Assembly (NCBI GenBank): GCA_964641945.1
Contig: CAZXLQ010000001.1
Location: 13,725 to 77,724, forward strand
DNA: 64,000 nt
Source: an uncultured Clostridia bacterium
GTDB taxonomy: Bacteria > Acidobacteriota > Blastocatellia > UBA7656 > JADIYM01
Direction of reading: 5' to 3'
The notes under the pieces are model-generated. The model searched no databases. It saw nothing but the letters and a program-made list of their open reading frames with translations, and was not told the origin of the DNA. Shown here one piece after another: positions 55,658 through 64,000 of the stretch (positions are counted from its first letter, which is position 1; each line of letters begins with the position of its first letter). Position numbers and translations under genes: made by a program.

Positions 55658-55966
55658 CTACCCCATGCACTCCACACACATGCACTCCATCGGGTGCTCA
55701 GATCTTCGCTGTCCGCGCCATGTTGTGAACCACCGCATCTTGCACTTGTTGCAGCAGAACCGAAGCGTCTTGGGGTCCTCGATGTTCTTGAGCGACGCGA
55801 GCGCTTCGTTCCCCTGCACGCTTGGGCAAGAGTCGGGCAGTACCTCGCGGGCGCACCACTCGCAGTAGAAGCGGTCAGTCGCCTCCGCCACCGAAGATGC
55901 CTCCGATCTTCCAGCTCCGCATCGCGTGCTTGATCTCCTTGCGATGCCTTCGCACCTCAGCAACAT
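55658..55966 (-). CDS. zinc-finger hypothetical protein (start uncertain)
   Basis: CEWC..CCNKCK..CMCVEC. Confidence 0.4.
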   Translation of the reverse strand: MLLRCEGIARRSSTRCGAGRSEASSVAEATDRFYCEWCAREVLPDSCPSVQGNEALASLKNIEDPKTLRFCCNKCKMRWFTTWRGQRRSEHPMECMCVECMG

Positions 55967-56294
55967 ACTCGCGACTGTTCGCGGTCATGCTGCGATGCAG
56001 ATCCCGCTGAGTCTGAACGCGATCTCGTGCGAGCTGCACGCCGGCCTCGGCCTTGGCCATCATCTCTCGCGCCTGACGCTCGTTCAGAGCCCTGAGGTAC
56101 GACTGCCGACAGCCGTCGCAAAGAACGGCCGATCCAACCGATCCAGCGACCACCTTCGGTCGACGCCCAAACTGCTTCTCGAAATCCTCCACCGAAGAAA
56201 CTGGGATCGAGGCCGGATCGTAGTCCAGCACGTCGTCGCACGCGCAGCAGATGGGCGCTCCAAGACGGCGAAGAGCAACGAGGCCTCGATTCAC
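55875..56294 (-). CDS. hypothetical protein (GTG start, GTGA overlap)
   Basis: start re-set from ORF-track 56456. Confidence 0.45.
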   Translation of the reverse strand: MNRGLVALRRLGAPICCACDDVLDYDPASIPVSSVEDFEKQFGRRPKVVAGSVGSAVLCDGCRQSYLRALNERQAREMMAKAEAGVQLARDRVQTQRDLHRSMTANSREYVAEVRRHRKEIKHAMRSWKIGGIFGGGGD

Positions 56295-56515
56295 GGCGAC
56301 TTCCAAGAGTAGCCCGACTCTCGATAGGTGCCAGAGCACGCGCAGGCGTCGAACACACGGAAAGCATGCTCTCTGCCGCGTGGAGGGCGTCCGCCGCACG
56401 AATCGCACTTGAGAAAGCGACCCCAAGACCGATGGAATGCGAGACGGATCTCCCACTGGGCTGCTCGCTTGGCGAAGTCCGCTGCCTTGGCCAGATCCTC
56501 AGCCTTCGGACTCAT
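56291..56515 (-). CDS. hypothetical Cys-containing protein
   Basis: GAGGAG RBS before MSPKAEDL. Confidence 0.45.
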   Translation of the reverse strand: MSPKAEDLAKAADFAKRAAQWEIRLAFHRSWGRFLKCDSCGGRPPRGREHAFRVFDACACSGTYRESGYSWKSP

Positions 56516-56732
56516 CCGACTTCTCCTCGAACATCGCAACCTGGTTCAGGTCAGCCTGCGGCGCGAGAGCGTCCGCGAGATCCCGCATCGGCCGACGAAC
56601 CCTGATCACCTTCTTCGCCAACTCCACGAGCACGTACACGGCCACCGCCTCCTCCCGCTTCAAGCTCGGGACGAGAGCCTCGGCGTGCTTGATGGCGTCG
56701 GAGATCTTCACCTTCGTGCCCCCGGCCGCCAA
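56499..56732 (-). CDS. hypothetical protein
   Basis: 77 aa. Confidence 0.45.
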   Translation of the reverse strand: MAAGGTKVKISDAIKHAEALVPSLKREEAVAVYVLVELAKKVIRVRRPMRDLADALAPQADLNQVAMFEEKSDESEG

Positions 56733-57037
56733 CGCTGCTCGGCGACCATCGCGCGAACCTCGTCCGCCACAGCTTTCGGATCTCTCGCGCCATCCGGACC
56801 CTCAAGCCGCTTCTCCAGCTCCAACGCGATCGCCTCGTGAACGATCCCAGACTTGACGACCGCCTCCATCGCCGCGGAAGCGGCTTCTGACGCCTCTTCC
56901 CACTTCACATCGCCGAGGAGCGAAGATGCACGAGCGCGTAGCTCAGCATCTCCTCTCGACTCGATCAGCTTCATGAGCAAGCCGACCTTGCTCTGCCAGA
57001 TGACCAGATCCCGCTGCGACCGCTGCGTGTTAGACAT
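56708..57037 (-). CDS. hypothetical protein
   Basis: 109 aa. Confidence 0.5.
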   Translation of the reverse strand: MSNTQRSQRDLVIWQSKVGLLMKLIESRGDAELRARASSLLGDVKWEEASEAASAAMEAVVKSGIVHEAIALELEKRLEGPDGARDPKAVADEVRAMVAEQRWRPGARR

Positions 57038-57090
57038 GCGACCCGGTTCTATACGGCCACCACCGACAATGTCAAGTACATTCGACAGAC

Positions 57091-57282
57091 CTATCGCAAG
57101 CGACGGAGGGCCTCCTCCAGCGACCGTACCAGATCCTCGTCTGGCAATGCACGAACCCGCTCCAGGGCCGATGCTTCCGGCTCAAACGGGTCGAAGAACG
57201 CCAGCGCGAACAGATCTCCCAGTCGTCCTGAAGGGCACAGCTCAATCACCGTCGCAGCGCGACGGGCCAGGTCGGTCGTCAT
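57091..57282 (-). CDS. hypothetical protein
   Basis: 63 aa. Confidence 0.4.
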   Translation of the reverse strand: MTTDLARRAATVIELCPSGRLGDLFALAFFDPFEPEASALERVRALPDEDLVRSLEEALRRLR

Positions 57283-57620
57283 CCGAGCAAGCGTAGCTCA
57301 CGGGTCCGCCTGATGGCGCCAGGAAAGTCGGCGCAGACAGAACGGATGGCTTCGGTTTTGGACGTAATGCCTTCCGGAGCTGCCAGCTCTTCCATTCCCA
57401 TCCCACACTCAGCGCACACTACCGCGTCATCGGACCGGTGTTTCATTGTGAGCACACCGATTCGAGCCAGCTCCTGCTCGAAGTCCAGTTCGCCGCGCTC
57501 GGACCTCTTCTTCAGTCTGGCGATCGTCCCGTTGGCCACCGCCCGCTCTCGCTTCAGCGCACGCTCCAGCGTGTGCTTCGGCTCGAACGTGCAGACCATC
57601 ACCCGGACCGGCGCGGTCAC
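57279..57620 (-). CDS. hypothetical protein
   Basis: 113 aa; CAECG. Confidence 0.5.
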   Translation of the reverse strand: MTAPVRVMVCTFEPKHTLERALKRERAVANGTIARLKKRSERGELDFEQELARIGVLTMKHRSDDAVVCAECGMGMEELAAPEGITSKTEAIRSVCADFPGAIRRTRELRLLG

Positions 57621-57844
57621 GCCAGCGACAGGTCCTGAGGACGGAACTCGAACGTCTTGCCGCTCCGCAAGGCGACCTTCACGCGGGCGATCCTGCCTTC
57701 CAGGCGGACGCCCACGACCTTGCCGACCGCGCTCTCCTTCAACCCGTGCGTCTTCTGCATCGCAACGGGGACACGAACGGTCACCTTGGCGTTCTTCTTC
57801 TGCGTGATTTCTGCGAGGTTCACTGTTGGCTCCTGTCGAGTCAC
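57617..57844 (-). CDS. small beta-rich putative DNA-binding protein divergent from integrase (candidate regulator)
   Basis: GTG start; KVTVRVPVAM..VVGVRLEGRIARVKVAL. Confidence 0.5.
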   Translation of the reverse strand: MTRQEPTVNLAEITQKKNAKVTVRVPVAMQKTHGLKESAVGKVVGVRLEGRIARVKVALRSGKTFEFRPQDLSLA

Positions 57845-57860
57845 TCGACTGGATACAGGG

Positions 57861-57869
57861 TGTCAGACA
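57861..57869. promoter_or_regulatory. TGTCAGACA operator-like site in int / divergent-regulator intergenic region
   Basis: between GTG 57844 (minus gene) and int ATG 57910. Confidence 0.45.
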
Positions 57870-57909
57870 GACGGGGACGAGTCAACTTCGATGCGCTATC
57901 CTCGTGCCC

Positions 57910-58947
57910 ATGAACGAACTGGCCTTTGTGACTCGGGAGACGAGGATGCTCCAGAGGTTCGGCAAGGGCGACGAGCGCAAGCTCAAGAGCTACCTGCTCA
58001 TGCTCGCAGCCTTCCTCGAAGGACGGCCCGAGAACACCAGGCGGTCCTACAAGACGGCGATTCGTCAGTTCTTCGAGATGTTCGACTGGATCTGCCCCGA
58101 GGATGTCACCGTTGCCCACGCTGTTGCGTTCAAGAAGCGACTCGGCGAACGCGTCGGAGATGCCACGGTCTACTACCGCATCTCGGCTCTGAAGTCGTTC
58201 TTCGACTTCCTGAGGAAGCCGGCGGGTGCGACCGAGCAGGCGCTCATCACTTCAAACCCGTTCGACCTCGTGCCACGTTCGGACATCAAGCCGACGCCGT
58301 ACGGTCGAGCGACGGTAATGGATTGGTCGACGTTCATGAAAATCTACGACGCCATTCCAGGTGATCCGCTCGGTCTTCGAGACAAGGCGATCTTGCTCTT
58401 CTTCGCCTTCACCGGAAGGCGGCGAACAGAAGTGGCCTCGCTTCGCATTCGCGATCTCGATCTGAAGTCGACGCCCAAGAAGTACACGGTTCGCGTGAAA
58501 GGCGGCGAAGTGAAGACCTGGCAGTTGCCGCAGATCTGCTACGACGCTCTCAAGGCGTACTGGATTGCCTCCGACCGTCTTTCGGGTCTACAGCCGGACG
58601 ACGGCGTGTTCACCGCATCGGACGAGACGCCGCTGACGAGTCGGCTCGAACCGAACCGACCGCTGGCATCGCGGACGATGAACGAGATCTTGCTTCGAGC
58701 TGCTCGTCGCGCTGGCGTAGACCGCAAGGTCGCTCACATTCACGCGCTTCGCCACATGTCCGCCAGAGACCTCGACGAGGCTGGCGTTCGGTTGCAGGAC
58801 ATCCAGGAGTTCCTCGGCCATCTCAACCCGAACACGACGGCCATCTATCTTCAGAAGATCGGACGAACCGGGCCCGCTCACGAAGAGCGGCTCATCGCCA
58901 TTCGAGAAGCCGCAGAAAAGCTCGCAATGGGTCTGAAGTCAACCTGA
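57910..58947 (+). CDS. int: tyrosine integrase/recombinase (XerC/D-like)
   Basis: box II AHIHALRHM and LGH..TTAIYLQ catalytic Tyr region; core-binding-like N-domain. Confidence 0.85.
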   Translation: MNELAFVTRETRMLQRFGKGDERKLKSYLLMLAAFLEGRPENTRRSYKTAIRQFFEMFDWICPEDVTVAHAVAFKKRLGERVGDATVYYRISALKSFFDFLRKPAGATEQALITSNPFDLVPRSDIKPTPYGRATVMDWSTFMKIYDAIPGDPLGLRDKAILLFFAFTGRRRTEVASLRIRDLDLKSTPKKYTVRVKGGEVKTWQLPQICYDALKAYWIASDRLSGLQPDDGVFTASDETPLTSRLEPNRPLASRTMNEILLRAARRAGVDRKVAHIHALRHMSARDLDEAGVRLQDIQEFLGHLNPNTTAIYLQKIGRTGPAHEERLIAIREAAEKLAMGLKST

Positions 58948-58951
58948 GCCC

Positions 58952-60346
58952 TCATTTCCGAACGCGGGTGGTCCCAAGCATCGCACCACGATCTTCCGGA
59001 TCGACATCCGGAGGCCACTTGGTGCGCGAATCGTATCTCGCACGGTACAAATCGGTCTCGAAAAGGTTTGCGCCGAAAAGATTCGATCCGTATAGAGCGG
59101 CACCAGAGAGGTTGGCGTGCGAGAGGTCGGCGTGCGAGAGGTCGGCGTGCGAGAGGTCGGCGTGGGCCATCCTTGCTCTCGAAAGGTCCGCGCCAGACAG
59201 GTTCGTGTTGCTCAGTTGACGGCCGATCAGGTCTGCGCCGGCCAGGTCTCGTCCCGCCAGTGATGCGCGAGAAAGCAGAATCCCGTTTGGCTCGCCGCCC
59301 TTTCCTCTATCGACGAACTCCACGACCATCGACCGGATCGCCTCGACCACAGCTTTGACTTCGTGCCCTCCCAATGGCGGCTCGTTGTCCTGTCCCGCTT
59401 GCAGCACGTAGGTGGCGAACTGAGCGTCCCCGATGTTCGAGTTGGCTTGCCCGAAGATCTGCAAGAAGCTCCCGCCCCAACGATTCTCATTTGACGGCTT
59501 CCACTCCATCGTGACGTACGGGACGCCGTCCGGGTCTCGTAGCGAGTAGATCACGCTATCGCCGTGCTCCACCGCCTCGCAGTATGTTCCGACGCAGTGG
59601 CTGAGGGCTTTCCCCTCAGGCTCCAGCTCCCGCCTGCCTCGCAGCTCTTGCACGGTCCATCCGGTCGGGAACCGGTAGACGACCTTGCCCTGGCGCACCT
59701 TCTTCGAGTAGCGGAAGGTCTTGATCGCTTCGAGGACTTCCGCGAGCGACTTCTTCATCAGATCGATGCGATTCAGCTTCGCCCACTGAGCGATGGCATT
59801 GCCTGACCGGCGGAGCCTTCCAAGAGCCTCCTCGTAGTCACGGTACTCGTCCAGCGGTGCAAGGTTCTCCTCGATTGCCTTCTCCACAGCCGTGATGGTG
59901 TGCTTCGAGAGCTTGCTCAGCTCACGAGCCACCCACGGAAAAATCCCGTCTGCCTCGTGCGGCTCACGCATGGCACCGCCAGCGAACGTCGGCAACGCGA
60001 TCGTCTCAAGCAGCAAACGAAGAAGATGCCGATGGCCCGCAGGACCAACCGGCCAATAATCGTGCTCTACGAGGCGTACGTATCCGAGGTTTGAGATGCC
60101 CAACCATTGAAAACTTGGTCGCGGAAGACCTGTGACGAGAGAGCCGCCCGAGTAGAGATCAAGAAGGTCTCGGCGACCTTTCCCATGGGCCTCGTAATAC
60201 GCGTCCTCGACCTCTCGCCACGACTCGTCGATTCCGATGGTTGGGAAGATCACGCTGAGCGTGTCGAGCACGACCCATGGTTGCTTCTCGATGTACATCT
60301 TGGTGATGTACTGAAGCCGGTCGATCGCTGCGTTCTTCGTCAGCAC
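58952..60346 (-). CDS. PcfJ-like domain protein with C-terminal pentapeptide repeats (paralog of 116-1780)
   Basis: WTVQELRGRRELEPEGKALSHCVGTYCEAVEHGDSVIYSLRD; ADLSHADLSHADLSHANLSGAAL repeats; GTG start 1 nt after upstream stop with GGGGG RBS. Confidence 0.6.
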   Translation of the reverse strand: MLTKNAAIDRLQYITKMYIEKQPWVVLDTLSVIFPTIGIDESWREVEDAYYEAHGKGRRDLLDLYSGGSLVTGLPRPSFQWLGISNLGYVRLVEHDYWPVGPAGHRHLLRLLLETIALPTFAGGAMREPHEADGIFPWVARELSKLSKHTITAVEKAIEENLAPLDEYRDYEEALGRLRRSGNAIAQWAKLNRIDLMKKSLAEVLEAIKTFRYSKKVRQGKVVYRFPTGWTVQELRGRRELEPEGKALSHCVGTYCEAVEHGDSVIYSLRDPDGVPYVTMEWKPSNENRWGGSFLQIFGQANSNIGDAQFATYVLQAGQDNEPPLGGHEVKAVVEAIRSMVVEFVDRGKGGEPNGILLSRASLAGRDLAGADLIGRQLSNTNLSGADLSRARMAHADLSHADLSHADLSHANLSGAALYGSNLFGANLFETDLYRARYDSRTKWPPDVDPEDRGAMLGTTRVRK

Positions 60347-60347
60347 G

Positions 60348-61190
60348 TCACCCCCGACGGTTGCGACGCATCGAGCGTCGCCAGATCGCCCATCCCAGAA
60401 CACCTGCACCAGCAAGAACGGCGATGCCGCCGACGATCGGAACCGCTGACGACCTAGAAACCCCGATCGCCGCGGCTCCTGCCGCTTCTACGGCCGATCG
60501 CACACGCTCCCATTCGGGAGCCCACCGGTCGTACGCCTGTCGCAACCGAGTGACGTAGACAGAACAGTCCGAGCAGCCGTTGTACCTGCGAGCCAGCTCG
60601 TTCCAGTCCATCGACCTCGCAGCGGTCTGAGCGCGAGGGTTCGCCCGCATCCACGCCGCCAGTAGCCGTTCGCTGACCAGAGACGGGTCGCTGTCGAACC
60701 CTCTCACGGCCGCAGCCGCGTCGTCTCCGAAGAGAGACAGCAGATGGCCGCCCAGCACCTGGTAGCTGCCCCAGGATGTCGCCTTCACGGCTTCGCGAGG
60801 TGCGAGCCTGAAAGCTCGGTCGAATGCCGCTCGGTTCGTTTCAGACCCGGTACAGGATGCTGAACGCGAGATGCGGCACGGTTCGAGCCCGTTCGCTGAT
60901 CGCCAGTCGTTGTTGCCCGGCGTGTAGGGCACCGCAGCCATGTCCGCGGCTGACATGGCGGCACGGATCTGGGGACCGGACGTTCCGGTCGGCAACCCTT
61001 TTCGCATACGCCAGTAGAGATGTGGCTCAAAACGCACCACCGACGGGTTCGATCCAGATTCGACCGACCGAATGGATCGCAGAGCGGTGATGGGGATCTG
61101 TGCCTCGTTCGCAAGAGCGAGGTCTCTTCGCCAACCTTCCAGGTCTGCAACCAACGCGGCCTGTCCGAGGCCGCTCACCGCGTAGGACAT
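60348..61190 (-). CDS. DUF3380-type N-acetylmuramidase-like protein with C-terminal TM anchor (candidate endolysin)
   Basis: TSWGSYQVLGGHLLSLFGD resembles the SWG.FQIMG muramidase motif; C-terminal AVPIVGGIAVLAGAGVLGWAIW; start trimmed to MSYAVSG. Confidence 0.5.
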   Translation of the reverse strand: MSYAVSGLGQAALVADLEGWRRDLALANEAQIPITALRSIRSVESGSNPSVVRFEPHLYWRMRKGLPTGTSGPQIRAAMSAADMAAVPYTPGNNDWRSANGLEPCRISRSASCTGSETNRAAFDRAFRLAPREAVKATSWGSYQVLGGHLLSLFGDDAAAAVRGFDSDPSLVSERLLAAWMRANPRAQTAARSMDWNELARRYNGCSDCSVYVTRLRQAYDRWAPEWERVRSAVEAAGAAAIGVSRSSAVPIVGGIAVLAGAGVLGWAIWRRSMRRNRRG

Positions 61191-61224
61191 GGGGCCGATC
61201 CTATCATCGGAAGGGACTGGACGC

Positions 61225-61233
61225 TGTCTGACA
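61225..61233. promoter_or_regulatory. TGTCTGACA operator-like site upstream of muramidase-like gene
   Basis: 35 nt upstream of ATG 61190 in divergent region. Confidence 0.4.
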
Positions 61234-61253
61234 GCCGGTGCATCATCGCGGGC

Positions 61254-61742
61254 ATGTCGGACAGGAAGCCCCCGCCCAGCCCGTTCCCAGCCGAAGACGA
61301 CGACTCGATCATCTTCGAGAAGAAGCCGGAAGCGTCCGCATTCGAGCGGGCCGCGCAAGAGCTGACCTCGGCTCGCGAAGCGGTCCGTCTCCAGATGGAG
61401 AATGAGCGGTTCTTCGATGTCGAGTTCTGCATCAAGAACCACAAGGTCTGGTGGTCTCACTCGCAGAGCGAGATTCCCGCTCATGCTCTCGCCGACCTGA
61501 TCATCGAAGCCGTACAGAGGCTGCCCACCGAGGCCATCGAGTACAAGCCGAGGACGGCGGTCATCGCAGATCTCGCCACGAAGCAGGTCACCTATGACCG
61601 GTACGTCAGGTTCAACTGGTCGGATCAGAAGATCCAGACCTCGCTTTCGCCCAACGAAGGGGAGATCTTCCTGAGCGTCATGTCGGCACTCGTCGAAGAC
61701 CTCAGACGAAAAGCACAGACCCTCACAGGAGGAACCAACTGA
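61254..61742 (+). CDS. hypothetical protein
   Basis: start at MSDRKPPP. Confidence 0.45.
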   Translation: MSDRKPPPSPFPAEDDDSIIFEKKPEASAFERAAQELTSAREAVRLQMENERFFDVEFCIKNHKVWWSHSQSEIPAHALADLIIEAVQRLPTEAIEYKPRTAVIADLATKQVTYDRYVRFNWSDQKIQTSLSPNEGEIFLSVMSALVEDLRRKAQTLTGGTN

Positions 61743-61978
61743 TGGCGATGATGGACAAAGACGAGTTCGCTGAATGGCTGGAGGAGCACAAGGACGAAGC
61801 GCTCGACGGTCTGTCAGACAGACCCCGATCGCTGTCTCGATGGCTTCTTGCCTTCTACGAAGAGACGAAAATCCTGGCACCGAAGCCGTATCAAGAGAGC
61901 GTCACGGTCCCAGACGATGACGACGACCTGGATGAGGACGGAGACCTGGACGAAGACGACGAGGAGGAGGGCGAATGA
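61742..61978 (+). CDS. acidic small protein
   Basis: ATGA overlap; D/E-rich tail. Confidence 0.45.
   Translation: MAMMDKDEFAEWLEEHKDEALDGLSDRPRSLSRWLLAFYEETKILAPKPYQESVTVPDDDDDLDEDGDLDEDDEEEGE
61812..61820. promoter_or_regulatory. TGTCAGACA site inside coding sequence (GGTCTGTCAGACAGACC)
   Basis: extended 17-nt near-palindrome within gene 61742-61978. Confidence 0.3.
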
Positions 61979-62796
61979 TCCGCTTCAGGTCCGCAGAAGA
62001 CGAGCGCCGCTACCTGATCCTTCGCGGAGAGATGTTTCGTCGCATCACCGGCGCCGGGCTTTCCGACGAAACGGCAAGTCAGATCCTCCGCAACCTCGGC
62101 AAGGTCGAGATGATGCTCTTCCTCGAAGGAATCCGTCAGGGGCTTGCTCTCGGAGCCATCGGACAGGAAGCGTCTCATACCAATCAGAGCCCCGAAGACG
62201 TCGCTGCTCCGAGTCCGATGCCTGACCCCCACTCCTTCAAGGCCTACCAACTTCACGCGATCGTCTACGGAAGCGCCGACACGCCTCTTCGGTCCGTCGA
62301 AAAGGAGTGGCTCGAACGCCTCGGCCTGCCCGAAGACCATCTGGCCTCGTCCTGGCTCGATGACCGACCAATGCGATTCGCACCCATGACCGTCGCTGAA
62401 GCCATGGGCGAACCAACGCCAGCGCCGCCGATGATCAAAATCTCCGCAGACCGCGCTCCGATTCCGGTCATCGAACCAGAGCAGGACCCCCTACTCCTCG
62501 AACTCCTGAGCAGGAAGAACGAGACCCCGGAACCTGACGACGATCGACCAGAAAGCCCCATCTTTCTCGACAGCGTTCGTGATCGGATCCAGACACTCAC
62601 CTCGTCAGGGTGGAAGCCGACCACCTGGCCCGAGCTGATCCTGCGTCTTCACCACGAGATGGCAGTCGATGCTGCCTTCCTCGATCTCCAGCTTTCGACC
62701 GACTTCGGGCGAACTGTGCTCGATCAGTGCGGGCTCGCGGGACTCGCTCCTGGATCGTCTATTCTGTTTTCGGACCTGACGAAGACGGATCCGTAG
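61975..62796 (+). CDS. hypothetical protein
   Basis: 273 aa. Confidence 0.5.
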   Translation: MIRFRSAEDERRYLILRGEMFRRITGAGLSDETASQILRNLGKVEMMLFLEGIRQGLALGAIGQEASHTNQSPEDVAAPSPMPDPHSFKAYQLHAIVYGSADTPLRSVEKEWLERLGLPEDHLASSWLDDRPMRFAPMTVAEAMGEPTPAPPMIKISADRAPIPVIEPEQDPLLLELLSRKNETPEPDDDRPESPIFLDSVRDRIQTLTSSGWKPTTWPELILRLHHEMAVDAAFLDLQLSTDFGRTVLDQCGLAGLAPGSSILFSDLTKTDP

Positions 62797-63094
62797 GCGG
62801 CGGCGGCGGGTCCGTCTCTCGATCGTCGGGGATGTCTGCGGCAACCCGAGCGATGGTGCGGGTCGTTGCGTGGATCTCCTCCAGGCCGCGCTCCAGCTCT
62901 TCCTTCGCCTTCACGAAGTGCTGAGCTGAGTGCGTGGCGGTGCCCACCCCCATCATCGCCGTCTTGGAGAGCCGTCTGCCTCGGTCGGCGTACTTCATCA
63001 GCGTCCGGAGAGCCTGAGCCTGCTCACCGCCTAGAGCGTCGGCGATCTCCTGGACGAGAGCAACGGCTCGCTCATAGGTCATCGGCTGAGCCAT
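62759..63094 (-). CDS. hypothetical protein
   Basis: strong RBS AGGAAGGAGAGAGGG before MAQPMTYE. Confidence 0.5.
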   Translation of the reverse strand: MAQPMTYERAVALVQEIADALGGEQAQALRTLMKYADRGRRLSKTAMMGVGTATHSAQHFVKAKEELERGLEEIHATTRTIARVAADIPDDRETDPPPPPTDPSSSGPKTE

Positions 63095-63107
63095 CCCTCT
63101 CTCCTTC

Positions 63108-63362
63108 CTAGACAAGCGCCGCGTGAGCCAAGATTCCTCTCGCGACCAACGCTGTCTCCACCTTCGTTTTCGCACAAGCGAACCTCGGACAGCCCTCCCG
63201 AGGGAGGCCAACCGCCTGAGCAAAGTACACTGCGACTGGACGCCCAGCTAGGTCGAGAGCCAGACCCTGTGAGACTCGTCCGACTTCTCGGCCATCAGGC
63301 GTCCGCCAGAGAGCCATCGGCCGCTCGGGAGGAAGCTGCCTCATCGGCGCCACCGTCGCCAA
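63108..63362 (-). CDS. hypothetical protein
   Basis: 84 aa. Confidence 0.4.
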   Translation of the reverse strand: MATVAPMRQLPPERPMALWRTPDGREVGRVSQGLALDLAGRPVAVYFAQAVGLPREGCPRFACAKTKVETALVARGILAHAALV

Positions 63363-63428
63363 GCCAGGGCGAGCCCTACCGTCGCCACGACCGCTCCCAG
63401 GCCGTACATCCAGGCCGCTCCAGAGCCG

Positions 63429-63971
63429 TCACCGGCTTCCAGAGCGGCCCCCGGGAAGAGGGCTGGCAGTCTCCCGCCGGAGCAGCTCGTTGACCGCACC
63501 CTGGCCCCATGGCTCGCCGCCAGCACGGGTGAAGTGCAGGCCATCTGGAGCGCGACCGGCCTCGGGGCCGGTGAACGGGTAGGCGTCGATGTAGCGGGAA
63601 GCACCGTAGACGCGCTGAGCGATGTCCTTGATCCCCTGACCGCGGGACTGAGCCTCCGGGTCCGCGTATCGCGGCGGACCCGTGTAGTAGACGCGTGGGC
63701 GAACGCGGTCCTTGATCTGCCTCATCGCAGATTCGAGCGCCCGCGATGCAGGGTCGTTCGATCCGAACACGAGAAGGATCACGTCCGGGGCAAACGAAGC
63801 GACGGCGCTCGTGTACTGCGACCACAGATCAGGCAATCGCACGTAGTCATAGGGTCCCTTACCAGGGTTGCCGACTCGCTGCACGCGATGACCTGCCTGC
63901 GTGAGCTTCTGCTCCATGTGCAAGCCCGGCGGACCGGCAGCCTGACTGTCACCCACAATGAGAACCTTCAT
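63429..63971 (-). CDS. SGNH/GDSL-family hydrolase (esterase)
   Basis: block I LIVGDSQA, block III FGSND. Confidence 0.75.
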   Translation of the reverse strand: MKVLIVGDSQAAGPPGLHMEQKLTQAGHRVQRVGNPGKGPYDYVRLPDLWSQYTSAVASFAPDVILLVFGSNDPASRALESAMRQIKDRVRPRVYYTGPPRYADPEAQSRGQGIKDIAQRVYGASRYIDAYPFTGPEAGRAPDGLHFTRAGGEPWGQGAVNELLRRETASPLPGGRSGSR

Positions 63972-64000
63972 ACGGCTGATGGTAGCATTGACCCTGCCGT

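Overview
High-GC (roughly two-thirds G+C by eye) actinobacterial-type temperate phage or prophage DNA, non-structural portion only: no capsid, portal, terminase or tail genes lie in the window. Genes are densely packed, with many ATGA/GTGA stop-start overlaps and several apparently leaderless starts. Main contents, in order: (i) a plus-strand block with two PcfJ-like paralogs (one carrying pentapeptide repeats) and an SNF2-family helicase; (ii) small minus-strand genes including a DUF2493/SLOG-like protein; (iii) a long plus-strand block with Dam-type N6-adenine methyltransferase, XRE regulator, DUF2829 (Tad2-family-like) protein, Xis-like HTH, ParB-like protein, UvrD-like helicase and a metallophosphoesterase; (iv) a protein-kinase-like gene, a candidate PARP-like (H-Y-E) ADP-ribosyltransferase, two SAM methyltransferases and two GT4-type glycosyltransferases; (v) a stand-alone CRISPR-like array (7 repeats, 6 spacers, no cas genes in the window); (vi) an array of about 32 minus-strand tRNA genes within 6.6 kb, interspersed with four HNH endonuclease genes, several of the tRNAs having non-canonical features; (vii) a solo TnpB (IS200/IS605 OMEGA-type) gene abutting the tRNA array; (viii) a run of small minus-strand genes, a tyrosine integrase, a third PcfJ/pentapeptide paralog, a DUF3380-type muramidase-like protein with C-terminal TM anchor, and an SGNH hydrolase. 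A 9-bp palindrome TGTCWGACA recurs at 11 or more sites embedded in sigma70-like promoters (TTGACT-N16/17-TAGATT, 9-11 nt before start codons); I read it as a repressor operator (stoperator-like) regulon. All product calls rest on motif recognition by eye, with no database searches, and coordinates of non-CDS features may be off by 1-2 nt.
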